Below, piece by piece: positions 10,313-19,583 of a DNA stretch of 64,000 nt; within the stretch, counting starts at the first letter, position 1; each line of letters starts with the position of its first letter. Source of the DNA: Candidatus Peregrinibacteria bacterium UBA1369 (GTDB taxonomy: Bacteria; Patescibacteriota; Gracilibacteria; UBA1369). The position numbers and the translations under genes are program-made. The notes under the pieces were generated by a model, which was given only the letters and a program-made list of their open reading frames with translations, had not been told where the DNA came from and searched no databases. The stretch spans positions 54,540 through 118,539 of the forward strand of contig DBRL01000013.1 in assembly GCA_002305925.1 (NCBI GenBank). Direction: 5' to 3'.

Positions 10313-10972
10313 ATGAAAAAAGGAAAAGCCCCAATCAGAGAAGCAAAGGAATTTGAAGAAGAGGTAATACAGATTGACCGGGTTACCAGAGTTGTAAAGG
10401 GTGGCCGCAGACTTCGCTTCCGTGCAACTGTCGTCATTGGCAACAAAAAAGGTAAAGTAGGGCTGGGCATCGGCAAGTCCACGGAGGTAACCGGCGCCAT
10501 TTCCAAAGCCATTGCCCAGGCCAAGAAAGAGCTGATTGTCGTACCAATGGCCGGACAAACCATCCCCCACCGCATCCAGGTTAAATTCAAAAGCGCCAAA
10601 GTCCTGCTGATGCCCGCCATCCCCGGTACCGGAATCAAGGCCGGCGGCAGCGTGCGCAAAGTAATCGAACTCTCCGGCATCAGGGACATCATGGGCAAAT
10701 GCATTGGCTCTCCCAACCGCCTCAACAACAGCCAGGCCGCCATTCTGGCCCTGACCAAACTAAAAAACATCCCTTGGCTGAAAAAGACCCCTGAACAGGT
10801 CGTCGAAAACGAACCGGTAGCAGCCGTCCGCAAACCCTTCAGGGGAAACGACAGAAGAAACGGACCCCGCAGACCGATGCAGGGCAATCGTAAACCACGC
10901 CCCGCCACAACTGAAACTGTCAAGAAATCCGAAACTCCGGCCCCTCAAAAAAACGCGGAAGATCAAAAATAA
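10313..10972 (+). CDS. rpsE: 30S ribosomal protein S5 with C-terminal extension
   Basis: RVTRVVKGGRRLRF, PGTGIKAGG. Confidence 0.97.
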   Translation: MKKGKAPIREAKEFEEEVIQIDRVTRVVKGGRRLRFRATVVIGNKKGKVGLGIGKSTEVTGAISKAIAQAKKELIVVPMAGQTIPHRIQVKFKSAKVLLMPAIPGTGIKAGGSVRKVIELSGIRDIMGKCIGSPNRLNNSQAAILALTKLKNIPWLKKTPEQVVENEPVAAVRKPFRGNDRRNGPRRPMQGNRKPRPATTETVKKSETPAPQKNAEDQK

Positions 10973-11006
10973 TCACGACTCCACACTACTATAATCAACC
11001 ATCGAC

Positions 11007-11498
11007 ATGGACGCATTGCTTAATTTAAAAAGGAACAAAGGAGCCCGCCAAAGCAAAAAACGACTTGGACGGGGCAACGGTTCGGGACTGGGTACCTACT
11101 CGGGTCGGGGCGGCAACGGCCAAACGGCGCGCACCGGAGGCAACATCAAGCCCGGCTTCGCCGGTGGCCAGACTCCGCTCTATCGACAAATGCCCAAATA
11201 TCGCGGCTTCAACAACCCCAACCGCGTCACTTTCCAGGTAGTTAACGTCTCCGACCTCGACCGCTTTGAAGACGGCAGCGAAATCAACGCACAAACCCTG
11301 CTGGAAAAGAAACTGATTTCTTCACTCAACAAACCGGTCAAAATTCTCGGCAACGGAGAACTGTCCAAGAAACTGAACGTTACCGTGGAAAGAGTTTCCT
11401 CCAGCGCCCGCGAAAAAATCGAGAAAGCCAAGGGTTCGGTGACCGAATTGACCGCTCCAACCGCAGCACCTACAAACGATACCGAAAAAAGTGCCTAA
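11007..11498 (+). CDS. rplO: 50S ribosomal protein L15
   Basis: RLGRGNGSG, GFAGGQTPL, KILGNGEL; follows rpsE directly with no rpmD. Confidence 0.97.
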   Translation: MDALLNLKRNKGARQSKKRLGRGNGSGLGTYSGRGGNGQTARTGGNIKPGFAGGQTPLYRQMPKYRGFNNPNRVTFQVVNVSDLDRFEDGSEINAQTLLEKKLISSLNKPVKILGNGELSKKLNVTVERVSSSAREKIEKAKGSVTELTAPTAAPTNDTEKSA

Positions 11499-11527
11499 CC
11501 AGTTGATCAATTATTATTATTGCTCCA

Positions 11528-12826
11528 ATGTTTAAACAGCTAAAACAAATTTGGAATTCCCGGGACCTGCGCAATAAAATCCTGTTCACGCTTGGCATCA
11601 TCCTTATCGTCAGATTATTGGCACAGATTTCCATTCCCGGCTCCGATACCGCCGTCATCCGTGGTATTTTTCAACAAAACCAGCTTCTGGGGGCATTCAG
11701 CCTACTCACCGGCGGCAGCGCCGAAAACTTCTCCATTATTCTGATGGGACTTTCCCCCTATATCAACGCCTCAATTATCATCCAGCTGCTCACCGTCATA
11801 GTACCGAAGCTGGAAAGCCTCTCCAAGGAGGGTGAACAGGGCCGCCGCAAACTGAATCAATATACGCGCTGGCTGACTATTCCCATTGCCTTCGTCCAGT
11901 CCTACGGCATGATTGCCATTTTGAATTCCCAGGCCAACGCTCCCATTATCCCCAACATCGCCAGTCCGACCGTGATCATACCGATCATGATTACCATCAC
12001 TACCGGTACGGTTCTGATCATGTGGCTGGGTGAACTGATCACCGAACGCGGCATCGGCAATGGCATTTCACTGCTGATTTTTGCCGGTATCATGTCCGCC
12101 ATCCCAACCGCCATCGGCCAAAATCTCACACTGGCACAACAAAGCAACGAGTTTCTGATTCCCTTCGTGATTGAAATTCTCGCCACGGTAATTCTGACCA
12201 TCGTCGTCATTGTTATCGCCGAAGCCGAAAGAAGAATTCCCGTGCTCTATGCCAATCGCGGCGTGCGGGGCGGCGGTGAGAAGTCCAATCTGCCGATCAA
12301 AATCAATCAGGCCGGTATGATTCCGATCATTTTCGCCCTTTCCGTGGTAAGCATGCCCGGAATAATCGCCCAATTCATGCGCAACTCTACCAATGATACC
12401 ATCCGGCAAATTGCCGATTTCATGATTTCCAACTTCACCGTCAATTCGGCCATCTATCTGCTCACCTATTTCCTGCTGATCGTCGCCTTTACATTTTTCT
12501 ACGTCAGCATCACCTTCAATCCCCATCAGGTCGCCGAAAACATCCAGAAACGCGGCGGTTATGTGCCTGGAATCAGGCCGGGACGGCAAACGGAGCAGCA
12601 CCTGGGCGAGGTATCAAATCACCTCAATCTCTGGGGCGGCCTCTTTATTGCCATCATCGCCATTTCCCCGAATATCATCCAATCGATTACCGGAGCTTTT
12701 TCCATGGGTAGCGTGGCCTCAATCATCAGCGGAGCAGGAATGATCATCATCGTCAGCGTTGTGCTGGAGGTGATCAGGCAAATCAATGCCCAGCTGGTAA
12801 TGCACGACTACAACAAGCTTTACTAA
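11528..12826 (+). CDS. secY: Preprotein translocase subunit SecY
   Basis: SPYINASII, GIGNGISLLIF, AGMIPIIFA, PGIRPG; many hydrophobic segments. Confidence 0.98.
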   Translation: MFKQLKQIWNSRDLRNKILFTLGIILIVRLLAQISIPGSDTAVIRGIFQQNQLLGAFSLLTGGSAENFSIILMGLSPYINASIIIQLLTVIVPKLESLSKEGEQGRRKLNQYTRWLTIPIAFVQSYGMIAILNSQANAPIIPNIASPTVIIPIMITITTGTVLIMWLGELITERGIGNGISLLIFAGIMSAIPTAIGQNLTLAQQSNEFLIPFVIEILATVILTIVVIVIAEAERRIPVLYANRGVRGGGEKSNLPIKINQAGMIPIIFALSVVSMPGIIAQFMRNSTNDTIRQIADFMISNFTVNSAIYLLTYFLLIVAFTFFYVSITFNPHQVAENIQKRGGYVPGIRPGRQTEQHLGEVSNHLNLWGGLFIAIIAISPNIIQSITGAFSMGSVASIISGAGMIIIVSVVLEVIRQINAQLVMHDYNKLY

Positions 12827-12843
12827 AAAATCAAAAAAAGAGC

Positions 12844-13416
12844 ATGAACATTGTGCTTCTGGGGATACAGGGTTCCGGCAAAGGAACCCAGGCTGAAATC
12901 ATGGCCAAGCGTTATAATTTGGTGATATTCGAGATGGGACAGGTCTTTCGTCGCCTGGCGGAGGAAGACAGCAAACTCGGAAAGAAGATCAAAAGCATTG
13001 TCGAACACGGCAAATTGGTCCCCGCCAAAATCGTCGTACAGGTACTGAAGGACTTCCTCGACAAAACAGCTCCCGACCAGCCAATTATTTTTGACGGCGT
13101 ACCGCGCAATCAGGAGCAACAAAGAGCTTTCAACCTGTTGATGTCACGCCGTAAACGCCACTTTAGAGTCGTCAACATTGACATTCCTGAAGAGGAAACC
13201 ATCAAAAGACTGGTTAAACGCATGCGCCATGACGATACTCCCGAAATCATCAGACAACGAATCCGCATTTTTCAGAAAAACACCAAACCCGTCATCGAAA
13301 AATACCGCGCCAAAAAGCTGGTCACCAACATCAACGGCGATCAAAGCATCGAGGATGTCGCCGCCGAAATTCACCGCCATCTGGACAGTTATTTCCTAAA
13401 AAACCACCGCAATTAA
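12844..13416 (+). CDS. adk: Adenylate kinase, short-LID type
   Basis: GIQGSGKGTQ P-loop, DGVPRN, RMRHDD short lid; follows secY. Confidence 0.93.
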   Translation: MNIVLLGIQGSGKGTQAEIMAKRYNLVIFEMGQVFRRLAEEDSKLGKKIKSIVEHGKLVPAKIVVQVLKDFLDKTAPDQPIIFDGVPRNQEQQRAFNLLMSRRKRHFRVVNIDIPEEETIKRLVKRMRHDDTPEIIRQRIRIFQKNTKPVIEKYRAKKLVTNINGDQSIEDVAAEIHRHLDSYFLKNHRN

Positions 13417-13465
13417 ATACTGGCAGGAGGGTGAATACCGCATCACCCTGAAAAATTCGCAGGAA

Positions 13466-14191
13466 ATGGAATTAATGCGTCAATCCGGACAACTTCTGGG
13501 ACTGACGCTTGCCGAAGTGGAAAAAGCAATACAACCGGGACGCAGCACTGCGGAAATCAACGCTCTGGCCGAAAAAATCATCCTCGAACACGGTGGCATT
13601 CCGGCCTTCAAGGGATATTTGGGTTTTCCGGCCGCAACCTGCATCACCATCAATGAAGAAGTTGTGCACGGCATACCCGGGGAAAGAATCATTGCCGAGG
13701 GGGATCTGGTCACAGTCGACTGTGGTGTCAGTCTCAACGGAATGATCACCGATTCAGCTATTACTGTCGGCGCCGGCAAATTGAGCGCTGAAAATCAAAA
13801 ATTACTGTGTACAGCCGAAAAAGCTCTATTGAAAGCGGTCGAAATTGCCCGACCGGGCATTAGAACAAGCGAAATCAGCAAAATTATCGAAAAAACTGTT
13901 CGCAAAGAAGGATTTGGTATCGTTGAAGATCTGACCGGGCACGGCGTTGGCTTCGAACTGCACGAGGATCCCTATATTTTCAATTTCTTCAACGGCAAAC
14001 CGGGGCCGCTCCTGCAAATCGGTATGACCCTGGCCATAGAGCCTATTATTACGGCGGGAAGCCCCAAAACAAAAACCCTGGCCGACAAGTGGACCATCGT
14101 CACCAAAGACGGCCGCGCCGCGGTACAGGTAGAACATACTATTGCGATTACAAAAAAAGGTTGTGAAATATTAACAAAACGGCCAAAATAA
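13466..14191 (+). CDS. map: Methionine aminopeptidase type I (true start may lie slightly upstream)
   Basis: NEEVVHGIP, DCG, TDSA, GHGVG..LHEDP, AIEP, VEHT. Confidence 0.96.
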   Translation: MELMRQSGQLLGLTLAEVEKAIQPGRSTAEINALAEKIILEHGGIPAFKGYLGFPAATCITINEEVVHGIPGERIIAEGDLVTVDCGVSLNGMITDSAITVGAGKLSAENQKLLCTAEKALLKAVEIARPGIRTSEISKIIEKTVRKEGFGIVEDLTGHGVGFELHEDPYIFNFFNGKPGPLLQIGMTLAIEPIITAGSPKTKTLADKWTIVTKDGRAAVQVEHTIAITKKGCEILTKRPK

Positions 14192-14208
14192 AAAACAAAA
14201 AAATATGC

Positions 14209-14237
14209 TTGCAATCTAAAATTTCGTCAGGTAAAAT
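14209..14237 (+). promoter_or_regulatory. sigma70-type promoter upstream of infA
   Basis: TTGCAA-17 nt-TAAAAT. Confidence 0.6.
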
Positions 14238-14299
14238 TCCAACGCTTTTTAGGTTGGAAAATAGGCTTTTTACCGTTAAAATAAACGCAAATTCCCCAT

Positions 14300-14665
14300 A
14301 TGGCAAAAGAAGAAATTGAGGCGTCCGGAATAGTGGTGGAAGCCTTTCCCAACGCGACTTTCAAGGTCAAGCTGCTGGACGAGAGCTTTGCCGGACACGA
14401 AATTTTGGCTCACGTATCAGGCAGAATGCGCATCAATTTTATCAGAATTTTGCCGGGCGACCGTGTCACGGTTGTGATGACGCCATATGACCTTACCAAA
14501 GGAAGAATCACCTTCAGGCACAAGAAATCCGATCTGGACAAAAATCCGGCCGAAACTCAGACGCAGACACCGGCCGCTACCCCCACCGAAACTGTGAACG
14601 AAGCGCCTTCCGAGGAACAACCCGCCCCCCTTTCGCCGGAAGAAAACGGCACACCAGAAAATTAG
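14300..14665 (+). CDS. infA: Translation initiation factor IF-1 with about 45-aa acidic Pro/Thr tail
   Basis: [36 protein letters not shown]. Confidence 0.96.
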   Translation: MAKEEIEASGIVVEAFPNATFKVKLLDESFAGHEILAHVSGRMRINFIRILPGDRVTVVMTPYDLTKGRITFRHKKSDLDKNPAETQTQTPAATPTETVNEAPSEEQPAPLSPEENGTPEN

Positions 14666-14701
14666 TTTCCCCAATCAAAAATTTTTCATTCACCTTTAGT
14701 C

Positions 14702-14815
14702 ATGAAAGTAAGATCATCTGTCAAACCCATCTGCGCCAAATGCAAAGTAATAAAGCGCAAAAACATCATCCGTGTCATTTGCAGTACCAAAAAACACAAG
14801 CAGAGACAGGGCTAA
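14702..14815 (+). CDS. rpmJ: 50S ribosomal protein L36 (Zn-ribbon type); too short for the ORF track
   Basis: Manual translation [37 protein letters not shown]. Confidence 0.97.
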   Translation: MKVRSSVKPICAKCKVIKRKNIIRVICSTKKHKQRQG

Positions 14816-14848
14816 AACTTTATCTTCATAACCATTAAATAAGCAAAC

Positions 14849-15223
14849 ATGGCCAGAATTGCCGGAATCAACCTGCCCAAGGAAAAACGTATCGCTATCG
14901 GCTTAACAGCCATTTACGGCATCGGACGTGCCTTGGCCAAAAGAATCCTCAAAGAGACCCGTATCAAGGAAGACGTCAAGGTGCAGGATCTCTCCGCCGA
15001 AGAGGAAAACCGTCTGCGCGACAAAATCGCCGAAATGGTCACCGAGGGTGATCTGCGACGCAAAATCCAGTTGGACATCAAATATCAACAGGATATCGGC
15101 ACCTACCGGGGAATCCGTCACAAAAAAGGCCTGCCCGTGCGTGGCCAGTTGACCAAGACCAACTCCAGAACCAGAAAAGGCAAAAAGAAGACGGTCGCCA
15201 ACAAGAAGATCGCCACCAAATAA
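14849..15223 (+). CDS. rpsM: 30S ribosomal protein S13
   Basis: [26 protein letters not shown]. Confidence 0.98.
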   Translation: MARIAGINLPKEKRIAIGLTAIYGIGRALAKRILKETRIKEDVKVQDLSAEEENRLRDKIAEMVTEGDLRRKIQLDIKYQQDIGTYRGIRHKKGLPVRGQLTKTNSRTRKGKKKTVANKKIATK

Positions 15224-15258
15224 TTTTCCATTAATAATTAATTTTCTTTTCATCTATT

Positions 15259-15777
15259 ATGGCCGAACAAGAGAAAACCCTTGCCGACAAAACGGCTGAA
15301 AAAAGCACTTCCGAAAAAGTTGCCACCCGGGAAAAGACCCCCCAGGGCAAACCCGGAGAAAATGCAGCGGGCGAAAGCCCCGTCGGCGAAGAAGTGAAAC
15401 CTAAAATCAAAAAAAGCAAATCGAAGAGGACTGTCACTGAGGGACGCGCCTATATTCAGTCCAGTTTCAACAACACCATTGTTACCATCACCGACCTGAA
15501 CGGCAACGTTATTGCCTGGAGCACGGCTGGCTCCAACGGCTTTAAGGGGGCCAAAAAAGCTACTCCATACGCGGCGCAGATCTCGGCCGAGGCAGCTATC
15601 AACAAGGCACTGCTTTACGGCGTAGAAAAACTGCACGTTTTCGTCAAGGGCCTCGGTGCAGGCAGGGAACAAGCCATTAGAGGCCTTCACTCCAGTGGCA
15701 TCAGCATCGAGTCGATTACCGACCAGACCCCGGTTCCGCACAATGGTTGCCGCCCCAGAAAGGCTCGCCGAGTATAA
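15259..15777 (+). CDS. rpsK: 30S ribosomal protein S11 with about 50-aa charged N-terminal extension
   Basis: [28 protein letters not shown]. Confidence 0.97.
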   Translation: MAEQEKTLADKTAEKSTSEKVATREKTPQGKPGENAAGESPVGEEVKPKIKKSKSKRTVTEGRAYIQSSFNNTIVTITDLNGNVIAWSTAGSNGFKGAKKATPYAAQISAEAAINKALLYGVEKLHVFVKGLGAGREQAIRGLHSSGISIESITDQTPVPHNGCRPRKARRV

Positions 15778-15796
15778 TTTAATTTTTCCCTTCGTC

Positions 15797-16417
15797 ATGT
15801 CCAACACTACAGGACCCAAATCACGCCTCTTCCGCCGCTTTGGCATCAGACTACCCAGCAACAACGAACTCAAGCAGACGCATCCCACCTTGAAAAAGGC
15901 CTATCCACCGGGAACGCACGGCCCCAAGGGCAGCTACGGCAAGAAATCGGAATACGCCCGCCAGCTGATGGAGAAACAAAAGGCCAAAGTCATCTTCAAC
16001 GTCAACGAGAAACAGATGCGCCGCTATTTTGACACCGCTTCCAAGAAAGAGGGCATCACCGGCGATGAAATGCTCAGACTTTTGGAACAAAGGCTGGACA
16101 ATATCATCTTCCGCTCCGGTCTGGCCACCACCCGCTATCAGGCCCGGCAAATGGTCAATCACGGCCTGATTGAACTGAACGGCAAAGTTGCCAGCATCCC
16201 ATCGATCCAGGTCAACCCGGGCGACAAATTCAACGCCGTCGCCAAGAAAAAAGACTCCCCGCTTTTCAAGCAAAACGCCGAAAGAGGTACCAAAGCCCCC
16301 AAATGGCTGAGCGTAGATTTGAAAAACCTCAGTGGAACTATGGAAAGACTTCCCGACAAAGGAGAGCTGGAGCCTCTGGTCTCTACCCATCTCATTGTTG
16401 AGTTCTACTCAAAATAA
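15797..16417 (+). CDS. rpsD: 30S ribosomal protein S4
   Basis: ATG at 15797 (MSNTTGPK); QLMEKQK, LEQRLDN, ARQMVNHG, IVEFYSK. Confidence 0.97.
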   Translation: MSNTTGPKSRLFRRFGIRLPSNNELKQTHPTLKKAYPPGTHGPKGSYGKKSEYARQLMEKQKAKVIFNVNEKQMRRYFDTASKKEGITGDEMLRLLEQRLDNIIFRSGLATTRYQARQMVNHGLIELNGKVASIPSIQVNPGDKFNAVAKKKDSPLFKQNAERGTKAPKWLSVDLKNLSGTMERLPDKGELEPLVSTHLIVEFYSK

Positions 16418-16440
16418 AATAATTTATTAATCCTCTTCTA

Positions 16441-17415
16441 ATGCATCAAATTCAAGAAGAAATTGGGATTCCCAAAATCAAGGTGGAAAAAATCAGTGAT
16501 GCGCATGCCATTTTCACCGTCAGCCCGCTGCCACAGGGCTATGGGATCACCATAGGCAACGCCTTCAGAAGAGTCCTGTTGTCTTCCCTGCCGGGCGCCT
16601 GTATCACCGGCATCAAAATTGATGGGGTAACTCATGAATATTCGACAATCAAAGGGGTCAAAGACAGCGTTTTGGACATTACCCTCAACCTGAAACTGGT
16701 CAGACTGAAAAAAATCAGTGCCGAACCGACTACCATGACATTGACGGCCAACAAGGAAGGGGAAATCCGGGCCAAGGATATCAAAGCCCCCTCCGACATC
16801 GAAATTCTCACGCCTGATCAGTACATCACCACGCTGGAAAAAGGCGCCAAACTCAATATTGAGATCAAGGTGGAAAAAGGCGTCGGCTATATTCCGGTCG
16901 CCGTCAAACAAAAAAGCGACACCGATCCGGAAATTATTTTGATGGATTCGATTTTCTCTCCCGTCAAAAAAGTACGCTACGATGTTGAAGCCGTCCGCGT
17001 CGGTCAGATGACCAATCTCGACAAGCTGGTTTTGGAAATTGAAACCGATGGAGCGATTACTCCCGACGACGCCCTGCGCTTCAGCTCAAATATTCTGCAG
17101 TCCTACTTCAACCTTTTCAACAAGGAAAACATCATGGTTGAAGCGGAATACATGAGTGATTTCCAGAAAATTTCACAGAAGCAGGAGTTGGAGGAGAAAA
17201 ACAAGCCTGTACAGGAGGCCTATACACCGATTGAAATACTGGGTTTTTCACCCCGCACACTCAACGCCCTCATCAACGGAGGCATCGGCTCGATTGAACA
17301 GCTCTCCAAATGTACGGAGAGCAAGCTGACCAATCTGCGCGGTTTTGGCCGCAAGGCGCTCACCGAAGTCAAGGACGCCCTGAAAAGCCGCGACCTCACC
17401 CTGGCTGAAGAATAA
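16441..17415 (+). CDS. rpoA: RNA polymerase alpha subunit
   Basis: GYGITIGNAFRRVLLSSLPG, HEYSTI.GV, FSPV, RGFGRKAL (alpha-CTD). Confidence 0.98.
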   Translation: MHQIQEEIGIPKIKVEKISDAHAIFTVSPLPQGYGITIGNAFRRVLLSSLPGACITGIKIDGVTHEYSTIKGVKDSVLDITLNLKLVRLKKISAEPTTMTLTANKEGEIRAKDIKAPSDIEILTPDQYITTLEKGAKLNIEIKVEKGVGYIPVAVKQKSDTDPEIILMDSIFSPVKKVRYDVEAVRVGQMTNLDKLVLEIETDGAITPDDALRFSSNILQSYFNLFNKENIMVEAEYMSDFQKISQKQELEEKNKPVQEAYTPIEILGFSPRTLNALINGGIGSIEQLSKCTESKLTNLRGFGRKALTEVKDALKSRDLTLAEE

Positions 17416-17456
17416 GGCGGAACAAAGATTATATAGAATACTAACTTTTCCACATC

Positions 17457-17810
17457 ATGAGACATCAGGTAAAGAAACATCGACTGGCCCGCCCCGTCGG
17501 CCCCCGCAAACTGCTGATCGGCAACCTCGCCACATCGCTGGTACTGCACGGCAAGATCAAAACCACCAAGGCCAGGGCAAAGGCCCTGCAGCCGGTGATC
17601 GAGAAACTGATCATCTGCGCCAAACGCAAGGAGCGCAAAGACGCCATCCGCGAAGTGGACAAAGTCCTGCAGAATGAGCTCAGCTCAAAAATACTTTTTG
17701 AGGAACTGGTCAAAAAATATCAGAACCGCGAAACCGGTTTCACACGGATAACCGACATTGGCTTTCGCAGTGGTGACGCCGCTCCCCAGGCCCAAATTGA
17801 ACTATTATAA
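17457..17810 (+). CDS. rplQ: 50S ribosomal protein L17
   Basis: MRHQ, IKTTKARAK, GFTRI, RSGDAA. Confidence 0.96.
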   Translation: MRHQVKKHRLARPVGPRKLLIGNLATSLVLHGKIKTTKARAKALQPVIEKLIICAKRKERKDAIREVDKVLQNELSSKILFEELVKKYQNRETGFTRITDIGFRSGDAAPQAQIELL

Positions 17811-17830
17811 ATTCTCATCTATCCACAGCA

Positions 17831-18289
17831 ATGAAAAAAGCAGAGCAACTGAAAGCCACCTTCAAAACCTTCTCCCCAAAACAGGGGGAACTGAACAACG
17901 AATGGTTACTGGTGGACGTAAAAGACAAAGTCTTAGGCAGAGTGGCCAACAAAATAGCCGACCTGCTCCGGGGTAAGGGCAAAACCACTTTTTCCGGACA
18001 CCTCAATGTCGGTGATTACGTCGTGGTGATCAACGCCGCTTCCATCAAACTGACCGGAAAAAAAGACCAGCAAAAGGAATACCATCGTCATTCCCGCTAT
18101 CCCGGAGGACTAAAAACCGTAACGGCCGGCAAATTGCTGGAGAAAAAACCGGAAAAGGTCCTCGAACACGCCGTGGCCGGGATGCTGCCAAACAACAAAA
18201 ACAAGAAAGTTCTGATGGGACGTCTGCGTATTTTTGCCGGAGCCGAACACGGCCACAGTGCGCAAAATCCCAAGCCAATCCAACTATAA
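17831..18289 (+). CDS. rplM: 50S ribosomal protein L13
   Basis: LGRVA, GDYVVVINA, HSRYPGGLK, GMLP, HSAQNP. Confidence 0.97.
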   Translation: MKKAEQLKATFKTFSPKQGELNNEWLLVDVKDKVLGRVANKIADLLRGKGKTTFSGHLNVGDYVVVINAASIKLTGKKDQQKEYHRHSRYPGGLKTVTAGKLLEKKPEKVLEHAVAGMLPNNKNKKVLMGRLRIFAGAEHGHSAQNPKPIQL

Positions 18290-18312
18290 TTTCCATAATC
18301 ATTCAATAGACC

Positions 18313-18762
18313 ATGCCTGCAAAAGCCTCCACTACGACCACTCCCAAAACAACTCGCAAAACCGCGGCCGTCCAGCAATATTATTACGGAACGGGCAAAC
18401 GAAAGACTGCCGTCGCCCGCGTACGGCTTTACAAAAACGGCAAGGGCGATTTAACCGTCAACAATCAGGAAGGCGGCAGTTTTTTTAAACTTAAAAAACT
18501 CCTGGCCACCATCAACTCCCCGCTGAAACTGACCTCGCTCACCAAAAAATTCGACATTTCCGTGATGGTCAGCGGGGGTGGCATCGTAGCCCAGGCAGAG
18601 GCCATTCGCCACGGCATTGCCAGAGCACTGCTAAAATACGACGACGCCCTGCGCATAACTCTTAAAAAAGCGGGCCTGCTGACCCGAGACCCCCGCGTCA
18701 AGGAAAGAAAAAAACCCGGTCTCAAAAGAGCCCGTCGCGCCCCGCAATTCAGCAAACGCTAA
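18313..18762 (+). CDS. rpsI: 30S ribosomal protein S9
   Basis: [32 protein letters not shown]. Confidence 0.98.
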   Translation: MPAKASTTTTPKTTRKTAAVQQYYYGTGKRKTAVARVRLYKNGKGDLTVNNQEGGSFFKLKKLLATINSPLKLTSLTKKFDISVMVSGGGIVAQAEAIRHGIARALLKYDDALRITLKKAGLLTRDPRVKERKKPGLKRARRAPQFSKR

Positions 18763-18792
18763 ATATCTGCGGCAACTTCAGCAGCTTCCCTT

Positions 18793-18820
18793 AAAGGCCC
18801 GCCTCCGGCGGGCCTTTTTT
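18793..18820 (+). terminator. Rho-independent terminator of the ribosomal superoperon
   Basis: AAAGGCCCGCC-TCC-GGCGGGCCTTT followed by more T. Confidence 0.9.
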
Positions 18821-18877
18821 CTTTCAAGTAAAGCACAATTAATGTATAAATATTGGGAACTTCCAGCACTTTTTTCC

Positions 18878-19567
18878 ATGAAACCAATACGTTTTGATAT
18901 TGTCACCATCTTTCCAGACATTTTCAGCTCCTATTTCCAAGAAGGCATGATCAGAAAAGGACTGGAACAGAAAATTATTGAAATACACGTGCACAATCTG
19001 CGCGACTACACCAAAGACAAATGGGGAAAAGTCGACGACATACCCTACGGCGGTGGGGCAGGCATGGTTCTAACCCCTCAACCGCTCTACGATGCCATCA
19101 AAGCCCTACGCAAAGTCAACGCCGGTCCTGTAATTTACCTCAGTCCCAAAGGAGACATACTCACCCACACCAGAGCCCGCCGGCTCTCAATGGAACTGGA
19201 AAAACTTAAGCCTGGTCGCGGCAAGACGCGTGGAATAATCCTTGTCTGCGGCCGCTATGAGGGCATTGACCAGCGGGTCATCGACCTCTGCATCGACCGG
19301 GAAATATCGATCGGCAAATACATTCTCACCGGAGGAGAACTGGCAGCCATGGTACTGATCGACAGTATCTCCAGATTTTTCCCCGGATTACTGGGAGACC
19401 AAAGATCGCACCGGGAAGAGAGTTTTTCGCGAACTTTGGGAGGGAGGAAAGAATACCCCCACTATACCAAACCAAGAATCTTCCAAAAAAAAGCCGTACC
19501 GGAAATTCTGCTGAGCGGCCATCACGGTAAAATTGCCCAATGGCGAAAGTTACACACCAAAAAATAA
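18878..19567 (+). CDS. trmD: tRNA (guanine-N1)-methyltransferase
   Basis: FDIVTIFP, DDIPYGGGAGMV, CGRYEGIDQR, SIGKYILTGGE, EYPHYTKP. Confidence 0.96.
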   Translation: MKPIRFDIVTIFPDIFSSYFQEGMIRKGLEQKIIEIHVHNLRDYTKDKWGKVDDIPYGGGAGMVLTPQPLYDAIKALRKVNAGPVIYLSPKGDILTHTRARRLSMELEKLKPGRGKTRGIILVCGRYEGIDQRVIDLCIDREISIGKYILTGGELAAMVLIDSISRFFPGLLGDQRSHREESFSRTLGGRKEYPHYTKPRIFQKKAVPEILLSGHHGKIAQWRKLHTKK

Positions 19568-19583
19568 TTTCACCGCAAGCAAA

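Noticed and set aside
15656..15796. Apparent 47-aa N-terminal extension of S4
   Set aside because: Overlaps rpsK; S4 homology begins at ATG 15797.
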